Below, in pieces: positions 27,096 to 36,329 of a stretch of DNA of 64,000 bases. The notes below the pieces were generated by a model, which was not told the DNA's origin, did no database searches, and saw only the letters and a list, made by a program, of their open reading frames with translations. Source of the stretch: Christensenella sp. UBA2853. Its GTDB lineage: Bacteria > Bacillota > Clostridia > Christensenellales > Aristaeellaceae. Each line of letters starts with the position of its first letter. The stretch's first letter is position 1. Where the stretch lies: positions 4,430 through 68,429 of the forward strand of contig DEFL01000013.1 of NCBI GenBank assembly GCA_002350845.1, read 5' to 3'. The translations under genes and the position numbers were made by a program.

Positions 27096-29288
27096 TCATA
27101 CCGTCTCAGTATCCAGACGCTGCCGTGCAACCAGGTCCGCAAACATGCCTTTTTTGTCGATCAGTTCGTTATAGGTTCCTTCCTCCACAATCACACCTTT
27201 GTCCATCACCAGGATCCGGTCACAGTTGCGGATCGTGGACAGACGGTGCGCAATGACAATGCGCGTGCAGTGAAGCCCGTCGAGCGCATCGGAAACCTGC
27301 TTCTGCGTCTTGTTGTCCAATGCGCTGGTGGCCTCATCAAAGATGAGAATGCGCGGCTTTGGAGCAATTGCCCGTGCGATCATCAGACGCTGCTTCTGAC
27401 CCCCGGAAATGCCGCCCTGCCCCTCAGAGATGATCGTCTGCATCCCCATCGGCATCGCACGTATATCATCCGCAATGCCGGCTGTTTCTGCAGCTTCCCA
27501 TGCCTGATCGAGTGTCAGCTGCGGTGCGGACAGCGTAATATTGGAGAAAATGTCTCCCTGGAAAAGCTGGCCGTTCTGAATCACGACGCCGATCTGTCTG
27601 CGCAGCACTCTGGGGTCCAGGCTGGTCAGATCATGATGATCATAATACACTGCGCCGCTTTCCGGCCGCTCAAACCCAAGCAGAAGCCTGACCAGGGTGG
27701 ATTTTCCGCAGCCGGTGCGGCCCACAATGGCGACATACTCCCCTGCTTTGATTTTCAGGGAAAGGTCCCGCAGAATGTACGGCGTGTTCTGTTCATAGCG
27801 GAAGGACACGTGGCTCATCTCAATATTGCCCGAGACCTTCACAGACGCTTCCTTCTCTTCGGCAATCTCCGGCTCACTCTTCAGGATCGGCTCGGCCATC
27901 TCCAGGACCGGGCGGATGGAAGCGGCAGAAATGGCGATCCCGGCCAGTGCTGAGAAGGCGCCCATGACGCGTCCGTATGCCGCACTGAATGCATAGTACT
28001 GGCTGCCTTCAACACCGGTAGCCACGGCCAGATAATAGAGAATCACCGTGCCGATAAGGGAAATGGCCGTCTGCAACACTTTATTGACCTTCAGGAACAC
28101 AGGCGGATTGTATTCAAGACGTGCAGTCTTGGCATACAGCCGGCCCCAGCGCGCAAACACTCGCTTTTCAGAGCCGGATAATTTGATCTTCTGAATCCCG
28201 TTGAGTACGGCATAGCTCATGCCTGCCTCCTCAGCACTCAGCTGCATCTGCTTGCGCGAAATGCCGATCTGCACAAGAGAGGCCGTCACACTGAGTACAA
28301 CCGTTGCAAGAATGATGATCACAGAAGGCCATACCAGAGCCGGCGCAAAGGTGAAGATCTGTCCGATATAAAGCAGTGACATGAGACTGCTCAGACCAAT
28401 GGACAGGATATTGTTCAGCAGCATGCTGCACAGTGAACTCACAGAGCCTGCGCGTGAGGATAATTCGCCGGAGGAATACTTGCGGAAAAAGCTCACCGGC
28501 AGAGACAGGATCCGCATCATCACAGAGGCTTCCACCGCCTGGGAAGTTTTGGTGTTCAGTCTCTGCATCATCAGTTCACGCACAACGCTCAGCATCTGAG
28601 AGGCAAATGCGCTGGCCATGAGAAAGACAGCCACGCCGTTGAGTATGTTTGCTCGTTTCTGCTTGAGAATGGTGCCTGTAATCAATTGATACACCTGCGG
28701 CTCAATCATCCCAACCAGAGTGACGGCCAGCGTTGCCAGCACAATCAGCAGAAGGTCTCCTTTGGAGATGCTGTTCTTCATGTAAATCAGCAGGTCCGGA
28801 ATGCCAAGTTTCTTCATCGGCAGCGGCTGATAAAAGCACAGCGCATCTCTGGCAAACCTGGAGGCATTTTTGCGTGTGACCCGGGTCATTTTTCCGGTTT
28901 CAGGGTCTTTGAATTCATAGCCCATGATCATGCCGGGGAGAAGCGCAACCGTTGCCCCGGTATCCTTCATGTAACCCAGCATCGGTCCAAAGGCGTCATT
29001 CTGCCAGCCTTCTTCCAGAAGGACATCGCGCATCATCAGGCCTGCAGGGCGGAGAGCATATTCAAGCTGTTCGTTCACATCGGTAATCGACTCAGGTATC
29101 TCAACCGGCTTGCGATGGTAATATTTCAGAATATCATCCATGGCTTCCTTTGCGATCAGCCTTTTGTCTTCCGCACGTTCGGAATCCCATTTATCCATGA
29201 CAACACTGGCCATGCGAAAAAAGGAATCTTCCAGTACTTCCTGGTCACTCTGCTGACGCATCCGGATCTGTTCGCCAAACCATCCCAT
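27096..29288 (-). CDS. ABC exporter (TMD-NBD) with a non-catalytic N-terminal domain; second ABC of an NHLM-type bacteriocin/peptide export system, 730 aa
   Basis: N-terminal 150 aa lack the catalytic Cys; 6-TM exporter core; GRTGCGKST, ISGGQKQR, LIFDEATSALD. Confidence 0.8.
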   Translation of the reverse strand: MGWFGEQIRMRQQSDQEVLEDSFFRMASVVMDKWDSERAEDKRLIAKEAMDDILKYYHRKPVEIPESITDVNEQLEYALRPAGLMMRDVLLEEGWQNDAFGPMLGYMKDTGATVALLPGMIMGYEFKDPETGKMTRVTRKNASRFARDALCFYQPLPMKKLGIPDLLIYMKNSISKGDLLLIVLATLAVTLVGMIEPQVYQLITGTILKQKRANILNGVAVFLMASAFASQMLSVVRELMMQRLNTKTSQAVEASVMMRILSLPVSFFRKYSSGELSSRAGSVSSLCSMLLNNILSIGLSSLMSLLYIGQIFTFAPALVWPSVIIILATVVLSVTASLVQIGISRKQMQLSAEEAGMSYAVLNGIQKIKLSGSEKRVFARWGRLYAKTARLEYNPPVFLKVNKVLQTAISLIGTVILYYLAVATGVEGSQYYAFSAAYGRVMGAFSALAGIAISAASIRPVLEMAEPILKSEPEIAEEKEASVKVSGNIEMSHVSFRYEQNTPYILRDLSLKIKAGEYVAIVGRTGCGKSTLVRLLLGFERPESGAVYYDHHDLTSLDPRVLRRQIGVVIQNGQLFQGDIFSNITLSAPQLTLDQAWEAAETAGIADDIRAMPMGMQTIISEGQGGISGGQKQRLMIARAIAPKPRILIFDEATSALDNKTQKQVSDALDGLHCTRIVIAHRLSTIRNCDRILVMDKGVIVEEGTYNELIDKKGMFADLVARQRLDTETV

Positions 29289-29303
29289 ATTCTCTCCACC
29301 TCC

Positions 29304-31493
29304 TTACTCGCTTGTTACCAGTTCGGCATAAGCGCCGCCTTTGGCATACAGTTCCTCGTGCGTTCCGCGCTCCACGATTTTTCCTTTTTCCAGCACAATG
29401 ATTTCATCGCAGTCACGGATCGTGGACAGGCGGTGCGCAATGACAATACAGGAAATGCCTCTCATCTTCACCGCTTTGACCAGTTCATATTCTGTTTTCG
29501 CATCCAATGCGCTGGTCGCCTCATCCAGAATAATAACCGACGGGTCCTGGGCCAGAACGCGGGCAATTTCCAGTCTCTGTCTCTGACCACCCGACAGGTC
29601 TCTTCCGTTCTCGATCAATTTGTTCTGGTAACCATTGGGACGCTGCAGAATATCATCATGGATCTGTGCATCCCTTGCCGCCAGGATGACTTCAAAATCC
29701 TCGATTGATTTATCCCACATCCGTATATTGTTGGCGATGGTATCCTCAAACAGAACAATGTCCTGGTCCACCATGGCCACAGAGCCTGTAAACACGCTCC
29801 GCGGGATATCCTTGATCGGTCGTCCGTCAAACAGGATTTCTCCGTCCCAGGGCTGATACAATCCGGTAATGAGCTTGCTGACCGTGGATTTTCCGCTGCC
29901 GCTCCCTCCAACAATGGCAATCCGGCTGCCGGGCTTCATGTGCATGGAGAAGTCTTCGATGGTGGGATTTCCCAGAGGCGAGTAACCGAAGGTGAGATTG
30001 CGAACCTCCACTTCCCCCTTCAGTTTTGCATAATCCTCATTCTTCTTTTCTCTGCTTTCCTGAAGCATGGGATCATCCGGATATTCCATCACGTCCTCTA
30101 CGCGTTCCATCTCCGTGCGCATTTCCTGGATCGTCTGTCCCGCACTGACCAGGGTCATGGCCGGGTCCATGAAAGAGGTAAGCAGTCCCTGGAACGTTGT
30201 GATCATGCCCAGAGTAAAGTTTCCGTTCATGGCCAGGCGCACGCCAAGGAACAGAACGGCATAGTTGCACAGTGTATTGATCAGTGTGGGAATCATTCCA
30301 TACCGGGCATTGAGCGTGTCAAAGCGGACCTGCTGAGTATTGACAGAAGCCTGATAGCCCGACCACTTGCGGAAGAAACCGGCTTCCGCGCCAGAAGCCT
30401 TGATGGTTTCCGCCATGCTGATGCCTGCCATGGTGGCCGATGCCAGTTTGCCCGAATCCCGCATCTGAACGCGCGTGAGATTCACCCGCTTTTCAGACAT
30501 GTACCGCGCCACAATCAGGTTCAGGACCAGTGAGAATAATCCCAGCAGTGTCATGAGCGGGCTGTATCGCAGCATGATCACCAGATAAAAAACCATCATC
30601 ATGGTGTTCAGGGCCAGCGGTGCCACAGTGCCGACGAGTGTCCCGGCAATCGAAGCGTTTGTTCCCTGGCGCTGAAGAATATCTCCGGTCAGGCGCTGAG
30701 AGAAAAACTCAACGGGCAGTTTCAGGATTTTCCACATAAAGGACGCATTGCCTTCGATCGCCATTTTTCCGTCGATTTTGAGCGTATAAATCGTCCTCGC
30801 CCATTCCACAATGATCTGGAAAATGCACAGGAGCGCCATCACCAGGATGAAAGGATGCAGCCATTCCGGCGCACGTCCTGACAGCAGCCTGTCAAAAAAG
30901 ATTCGGGACATGACGGGGTTGATGACACCAAACAGGTAGGTGATCACAGACATCAGAGTGACAAACGCGACGGCCGGCCCCGCCCCTCTCAGACGTTTTT
31001 TGGCAAATTCAAGCGTGCTCTTCCGTTTTCCTGACGGCACAAACGACGGCCCCGGCGCAAACGTCAGGACAAGGCCGGTAAACGATTCATCAAACTCCTC
31101 CATGGATACCTGAACAATCCCTCTGGCCGGGTCATTGATCACGGCTTTTCCCTTTTTAAATCCATCGAGGACCACAAAGTGATTGAAATTCCAGTGAATA
31201 ATACAGGGATAGGTGGCCTGGGTTTTGATCCCGTCCAGTTCCATTTTGTATCCATGGACTTCCAGCCCGTAGTTTTGGCCTGCAAGATAGACGTTTTTCA
31301 TGTTTGAACCGTCTCTGGAAACACCGCAGTCCAGCCGGACCTGTTCGAGCGGGACCCATTTCTGGTAATAGGCGAGAATCATGCACAGACACGCCGCCCC
31401 GCATTCAAGCGCTTCCATCTGCATGATCATCGGAACTTTGGCGACACTGTCTTTGACAGGCTGATGCCTGCTTTTACTCAGCTTCTCTTTCAT
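29304..31493 (-). CDS. C39 peptidase-domain ABC exporter (double-glycine leader cleaving), about 729 aa
   Basis: QMEALECGAACLCMILAYY (catalytic Cys), HFVVLDG (His), INDPARG (Asp); GGSGSGKST, LSGGQRQR, IILDEATSALD; ATG at 31493 after GAGGAGG. Confidence 0.9.
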   Translation of the reverse strand: MKEKLSKSRHQPVKDSVAKVPMIMQMEALECGAACLCMILAYYQKWVPLEQVRLDCGVSRDGSNMKNVYLAGQNYGLEVHGYKMELDGIKTQATYPCIIHWNFNHFVVLDGFKKGKAVINDPARGIVQVSMEEFDESFTGLVLTFAPGPSFVPSGKRKSTLEFAKKRLRGAGPAVAFVTLMSVITYLFGVINPVMSRIFFDRLLSGRAPEWLHPFILVMALLCIFQIIVEWARTIYTLKIDGKMAIEGNASFMWKILKLPVEFFSQRLTGDILQRQGTNASIAGTLVGTVAPLALNTMMMVFYLVIMLRYSPLMTLLGLFSLVLNLIVARYMSEKRVNLTRVQMRDSGKLASATMAGISMAETIKASGAEAGFFRKWSGYQASVNTQQVRFDTLNARYGMIPTLINTLCNYAVLFLGVRLAMNGNFTLGMITTFQGLLTSFMDPAMTLVSAGQTIQEMRTEMERVEDVMEYPDDPMLQESREKKNEDYAKLKGEVEVRNLTFGYSPLGNPTIEDFSMHMKPGSRIAIVGGSGSGKSTVSKLITGLYQPWDGEILFDGRPIKDIPRSVFTGSVAMVDQDIVLFEDTIANNIRMWDKSIEDFEVILAARDAQIHDDILQRPNGYQNKLIENGRDLSGGQRQRLEIARVLAQDPSVIILDEATSALDAKTEYELVKAVKMRGISCIVIAHRLSTIRDCDEIIVLEKGKIVERGTHEELYAKGGAYAELVTSE

Positions 31494-31713
31494 CGGACAG
31501 CCTCCTCGTAAGATCAGGTCTGCGGATTCTTTCCATGGCCGTTTCCATCCGGATGCATGGCCATTTCCCGAAAGCATCCCGCAGAAAAGGATATGCAGGT
31601 TTCTCTACTCCTGTCATTCAGGAAGAGAGGTGCAGGGACCACACGTGCATCAGCCGCGCAGATGGCTGGTGTACACGCCGGTTCCTCACACGGTTCACCT
31701 GCATTTCCTATCG

Positions 31714-32382
31714 TCAGTTCAGCAGAAAGCTGATCGGCGTTGTGGATTCAGTCACAATCTGTGCATCATAAACGCCGTCCGGAAGCTGTTTGCTGATATC
31801 ATCCAATGCAATGCTCACCGTTGCATAATCGTAGCTGTGCGCTCCGGTCACTGTCCCCAGTTTCTCATCCAGCCGCACCCTGCGGTCGGATTGAAAAGCT
31901 CTTTCCAGCTCACCGCGCATATCATAGGCAGAGGTGACGCCTTTTTCCACAAAAACCAGATATGGATCATCTGTCATGCCTTCCGGAAGTCCGTGCTGAT
32001 CCACAAATGTCAGCATATACGTCCCGTCTTCGAGCGTATGTTCATCATCCATATGGATTTCAAGCGCCAGCCTGCTGGCTTGTGAGATATCCTTGATCTC
32101 CCCGTTTTCTCCATTAATCCGCACGGGCATATGGATCTTGACGAGGTCCAGCTGAGAGAGCGGCAGGTCGCCTGTCACAAATCCATAGGTCGATGTCACC
32201 TTGATATCAATGGTGCTTTCCATGACCGATGTGGAGGCATAGACAATAAAGCCGACCAGCAATGCAATGACAGCAGACAATATCATCCACAGTTTCGGAC
32301 TGGTCACCCGCATATAATCATGCATTTCCTCGGGGGAAGAAATCCGGTCGATGCTTTCTTTTCGAAACAGCTGATGATCCAT
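31714..32382 (-). CDS. Short HlyD-family / bacteriocin-secretion accessory protein, 222 aa
   Basis: N-terminal FRKESIDRISSPEEMHDYMRVTSPKLW followed by one TM, as in HlyD-type peptide-secretion adaptors; AAAGGAG RBS. Confidence 0.65.
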   Translation of the reverse strand: MDHQLFRKESIDRISSPEEMHDYMRVTSPKLWMILSAVIALLVGFIVYASTSVMESTIDIKVTSTYGFVTGDLPLSQLDLVKIHMPVRINGENGEIKDISQASRLALEIHMDDEHTLEDGTYMLTFVDQHGLPEGMTDDPYLVFVEKGVTSAYDMRGELERAFQSDRRVRLDEKLGTVTGAHSYDYATVSIALDDISKQLPDGVYDAQIVTESTTPISFLLN

Positions 32383-32447
32383 GAAATGGAGCTCCTTTCT
32401 GTATAACCACAGTCAAAGATGTCTGTCAATTCAGCCTGCTCCTGCTT

Positions 32448-33896
32448 TTACAGCAGGAGAGACAATGCACCATACAGGGCCACAAACAGAATCAGAAGAA
32501 AGAGTTCCTGTTTCCAGCTTTTCTGCATGAGTCCGATGCATTCCCGCATGAATGCGTTTGGCCAGTACCACCACTTGGTTCTGCTGCCGATTCCTTCTGC
32601 CTGCAGGCCTGCCGAATCAGCCCAGATCCCGCTGCGGAACACATGATAATTCGTGGTCGCAAACAGGATTTTACCCGCGTCCGACATTTTTTCGATGATT
32701 GCTTTTGAAAAAGCCATATTCTCCCAGGTATTGCGTGATTGCGTCTCCGGAACAATCAGGCTGTCCGGAATCCCCTGATCCAGCATATACCTGCGCATGG
32801 CTTCCGCCTCAGGCATGCTTTCGTTTTTTCCCTGACCGCCGGAAGGAATCAGGACCGCCTCTTTCCCGGTCTGCTCCTTCTGCTTTCTCCAGAATGCAAT
32901 GGCCCGGTCTACACGTCCGCGCAGAAGCGGCGGAAGCGTTCCGTCCTTCCGGAACCAGCAGCCCAGAATAATGATAAAATCCCGATCTGGTTTCGGCTCA
33001 TATCTTGCCGCTTTCAGGCCGCAGATCATGGTCCCGGCAAGCATGCATTCAAAGTAAACAAACACGGTCGCATAGACATTTTCAAACGTGTTCCTCAGGC
33101 GGTTTTCCCACTCGCTTCCGGCAAAATCCTGCCAGCCCCAAATCCAGCCCAGCAGTTCTCCCAGAACAAGCAGCACGCTGATGATCAGCCCTAAAGCATT
33201 CGCCGTGCGCTTCCCTTCATGCCGCATGAGAATCAGATTGCTCACCGCCATTGCGATGGAAAAGACAAGCACAAGCGGAGCCGTCAGATTCATGAAGGAC
33301 CGGGCTGCCCCGCTGATCGATGACACCGCCATAATCATGCCGTATTCCGCCGGGTCAAGGATATGCTGCAGGGTCACAGCAAGCATGACAGCAAACGCCA
33401 CCAGGGCAAATATGCCAAACCCGACATAAAATACCGTGGCATACCTGTAAAGGCGGTATCCCTTTGCCCTGAAGAACTGCCGCATCATGATCCATCCGGT
33501 CAGGAGCCAGAACAGGGTCACGGCAGCGAGGACAAAGGCGTCCCCTGTAAAGTTATCATTGGAGCCGTTATAAATCGTCATAAAGGCATCCACAGAAACA
33601 GGAATGAGCGAAATGTCTTCGCCGCTCTCATCCTGGATGAGCAAATACGTCCTTCCCTCATGCTCAGGCCAGAGTCTCAAAACCAGGTCCCGGTTTTTGA
33701 CTTCAACCGTTTCCACCCTGACGATGCCTTGTTCCTCCGGCATGATCTTCAGTGACTCGAGCTGATAGTCCCCGTTTTCCGAGTATGGCAGCGGATGATA
33801 GGTCAGGAAAGCATTCCCTGCCACCATCCGGCATCCCAGGCAGAGGACTGCAAGAATGACGGCACATATCGCCACCTGTCTGGCAGTCTGTTTCAA
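32448..33896 (-). CDS. Polytopic membrane protein with a C-terminal DUF218 (YdcF/ElyC/SanA) domain, 482 aa
   Basis: IPSGGQGKNESMPEAEAMRRYMLDQGIP...ETQSRNTWENMAFS, typical of DUF218; TTG start after GGAAGGAG. Confidence 0.7.
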   Translation of the reverse strand: MKQTARQVAICAVILAVLCLGCRMVAGNAFLTYHPLPYSENGDYQLESLKIMPEEQGIVRVETVEVKNRDLVLRLWPEHEGRTYLLIQDESGEDISLIPVSVDAFMTIYNGSNDNFTGDAFVLAAVTLFWLLTGWIMMRQFFRAKGYRLYRYATVFYVGFGIFALVAFAVMLAVTLQHILDPAEYGMIMAVSSISGAARSFMNLTAPLVLVFSIAMAVSNLILMRHEGKRTANALGLIISVLLVLGELLGWIWGWQDFAGSEWENRLRNTFENVYATVFVYFECMLAGTMICGLKAARYEPKPDRDFIIILGCWFRKDGTLPPLLRGRVDRAIAFWRKQKEQTGKEAVLIPSGGQGKNESMPEAEAMRRYMLDQGIPDSLIVPETQSRNTWENMAFSKAIIEKMSDAGKILFATTNYHVFRSGIWADSAGLQAEGIGSRTKWWYWPNAFMRECIGLMQKSWKQELFLLILFVALYGALSLLL

Positions 33897-33934
33897 ATCC
33901 GATGCTCCTTCCAGTCCCTTGAGGACAAGACATT

Positions 33935-35020
33935 TTACCGCTCAATGACAGTAATCATCACATGGTCCGGTCCTGCAAAATGAATGCATCGCAGTCCCGT
34001 GTATGGATCCTGCTGAATACTGCCTGTGTCAATGCCGTTCAGATTCAGCCTGCGGATAATGGGCTTGAGATGTCTCGCCGTCAGCGTCAGTGACTGCTGC
34101 TTGAGAACTTCCGTCGTGTTTGAGCAATGAATCTCAATCTGATACTTTCCCATCTCCAGCAGCATGTCCGTTCCGGGCTGATCAAGCGGAACGATCTGTT
34201 TGATCAGGCGGAATCCCAGTTTCATGACATAAAAATCCCAGATTTCCTCTTCATTGGTCGCCAGAAGCGCCGTTCTTGAAAGTCCCATCTTTCTGGCGAA
34301 CGGATACAGGGTTCGCTCTCTGGCATTCTTCTTCCACCGGCGATAGGATTTCAGTTCCTTGCGCCAATTCGGATGGGTCACCACATAGGCGACGGAGATA
34401 AAGAGAAACTGACCGATGATCCCGCCAATCGTATTGGAGACCAGATCATCCATATCATAAAACCCGCGCCGGGTAATCAGCTGCAGATTTTCAATACCGA
34501 ACGAAATCAGAAAGCAGGCCACAGCCGGACGGATGCGCACCTTGGCTCTGAACCATCCAGAGATATACGGCAGCATGTATCCCATGGGCACAAACAGCAT
34601 AATGTTCATGTAGACCTGGGTAATATTCGCCGTATTCACAATCTGAATGTGCGACATGGCTTCCCGGAATCCCTTTGTAAAGAGGATGCGGATCACATCA
34701 AAAATACCGTAATCAATTTTCACTGCACTCTGAAGGTCTTCATACAGTGCGACATGTACCTGATAATCCCTTGACGCGGACCTTGAGAAAAATACAATCC
34801 ACGACAGCATCAGCATATAGATCAGAAAGATGGACGCAAGAATGCTCTGCCGCATTTTGAGCATGGTTTCGGCTTTTGGATTCCGGCTGATTCCGCCTTC
34901 CAGATTCAGCCCCATTTTTCTGCATACGCGTCTGTCAATCCAAGGAAGCAAAAAAACCATCACCAAGACCATCCCGGTGACGAACAGATTTGTCGATAAA
35001 CTGTTTGCATTCAGGCGCAT
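33935..35020 (-). CDS. VanZ-like membrane domain fused to a VOC (glyoxalase/bleomycin-resistance) domain, 361 aa
   Basis: VanZ-like NIMLFVPMGYMLP and IENLQLITRRGFYDMDDLVSNTIGG; C-terminal 125 aa beta-alpha-beta VOC-like (IWDFYVMKLGF...IHFAGPDHVMITVIE). Confidence 0.6.
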   Translation of the reverse strand: MRLNANSLSTNLFVTGMVLVMVFLLPWIDRRVCRKMGLNLEGGISRNPKAETMLKMRQSILASIFLIYMLMLSWIVFFSRSASRDYQVHVALYEDLQSAVKIDYGIFDVIRILFTKGFREAMSHIQIVNTANITQVYMNIMLFVPMGYMLPYISGWFRAKVRIRPAVACFLISFGIENLQLITRRGFYDMDDLVSNTIGGIIGQFLFISVAYVVTHPNWRKELKSYRRWKKNARERTLYPFARKMGLSRTALLATNEEEIWDFYVMKLGFRLIKQIVPLDQPGTDMLLEMGKYQIEIHCSNTTEVLKQQSLTLTARHLKPIIRRLNLNGIDTGSIQQDPYTGLRCIHFAGPDHVMITVIER

Positions 35021-35092
35021 TGACTAGCCTCCATAGGATTCACACCGGCAGAAGCGAATGCGCTGTCTTTCCGCTTTCGACCGCTCATCCGC

Positions 35093-36292
35093 TCATTTTC
35101 CCTGATCTGCGGGAATCTCTGTATATCCAATACCGATCAATGAAGTGACCGCGCGTACAAACTTCCTGTTCCGGTAGTTTGCCATCTTGTTGATCATCTT
35201 TCCCCGGAAAATCAGGGCCATGGTATTGCCGCCGTCAAGATTCAAAGCCTCTGTGACGCCGCGTTCTTTCATCATTTCTGCCACACGCTGCAGCGCAGTC
35301 CCTTTGCTGAAGCTGGTGCGTCCCTGAACACTGATGAGCAGGTAATGATTGGGTTCAATCATGCCCAGTGCCTGCCTTGGCTCAATGCTGCGAAAATAGG
35401 AATACACCATTTCATTGATTCTGCCTTCATGCAGCAAAACAGGGCCGAAACTGAACACATTTACGGCCCCTTTTTCAAGCAGTTCTTCCGCCGTATATTC
35501 ATTGCACGGATAAGTCATCAGTGTCCCGTCCGGATACTGTGCCATCATATCCAGATTTGGCAGATGATGCCCGGATTTTTGATTGGTCCTATCGCTGATG
35601 ATCACTCCATTGCGGATAATGATGCCGACCGTCTCATGATGTGCCATCCGCTCTGCATAAAAATCATCCGAAAAGCCGAGAACAAACTGCTCCCTCTCGG
35701 CTATCACATAGGGATATTGAAACTTTTTCCCGGGATGGTCACTGTCCGTCATCACGGTGCGAAAGGCCTGTCCGTTTCGGGTTCGAATGTCCGTTTCAAA
35801 CCACACCAGCGGGATCGAGGAATCCTCTCCACGTGAAATGGTCACGCGGAGATCCCGGCTGATGTATACCCAGCGGCCTTCCTCCTCGTTCTCTTCAATC
35901 AGTTCCCCGTCGCCGATGAGAAAACCTTCACTGTCCAGCGCCGCGCCTTCAGGGAATTCCGATGGCGGAAGCGTTGCCAATGGACGCATGGTCGGGTAAG
36001 GTTTGCTCACCGCCGCATCCGAGAACAGAAGTTCCCGGGTTTCTGCATCCAGTACCCCGGTTTCGTTCAGGCCGTTCATTCTCTGGAACTCGCTGAGGGA
36101 TGTCTGCGTCTGATCCGTGAATTTTTTCGTCAGCGATCCATCTTTGATATATCTCAGTTCCTGGAGACGCCTCTTCATTTCCAGCACATCGTCTCCCTTG
36201 GAACCGACGGCAAGCGTTTCCTCCGCACACACGGCAAAAAACAGAAAGGTACTGATGAGAAGCACAAAGAAAAGGACGATACCTTTTTTCAT
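35093..36292 (-). CDS. Secreted/anchored protein: PG_binding_1 domain plus phosphodiester glycosidase (DUF2233/NAGPA-like) domain, about 399 aa
   Basis: Signal/anchor MKKGIVLFFVLLISTFLFF; PG-binding repeat GDDVLEMKRRLQELRY...LSEFQRMNGLNETGVLD; ALNLDGGNT motif. Confidence 0.7.
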   Translation of the reverse strand: MKKGIVLFFVLLISTFLFFAVCAEETLAVGSKGDDVLEMKRRLQELRYIKDGSLTKKFTDQTQTSLSEFQRMNGLNETGVLDAETRELLFSDAAVSKPYPTMRPLATLPPSEFPEGAALDSEGFLIGDGELIEENEEEGRWVYISRDLRVTISRGEDSSIPLVWFETDIRTRNGQAFRTVMTDSDHPGKKFQYPYVIAEREQFVLGFSDDFYAERMAHHETVGIIIRNGVIISDRTNQKSGHHLPNLDMMAQYPDGTLMTYPCNEYTAEELLEKGAVNVFSFGPVLLHEGRINEMVYSYFRSIEPRQALGMIEPNHYLLISVQGRTSFSKGTALQRVAEMMKERGVTEALNLDGGNTMALIFRGKMINKMANYRNRKFVRAVTSLIGIGYTEIPADQGK

Positions 36293-36329
36293 ATACAGGC
36301 CATTCCTCCGGCATGGGCACAGGGCAGAG

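Noticed and set aside
31474-31704. Two small minus-strand ORFs in the exporter spacer as candidate bacteriocin precursors (MQVNRVRNRRVHQPSARLMHVWSLHLSS, 31618-31704; MTGVEKPAYPFLRDAFGKWPCIRMETAMERIRRPDLTRRLSDEREAE, 31474-31617)
   Set aside because: Neither has a usable RBS (AGGA is only 2 nt from the first ATG, and the second has none). Neither has a GG/GA-type leader motif. The second runs into the C39-ABC coding region out of frame. The spacer itself is kept as an unexplained finding.
32400-32429. TTGACA-18-TATACA promoter-like element directly upstream of the HlyD-like gene
   Set aside because: The -10 element would place the transcription start on or within the RBS of the gene. It is more likely a chance match, with the exporter co-transcribed with the upstream DUF218 gene.
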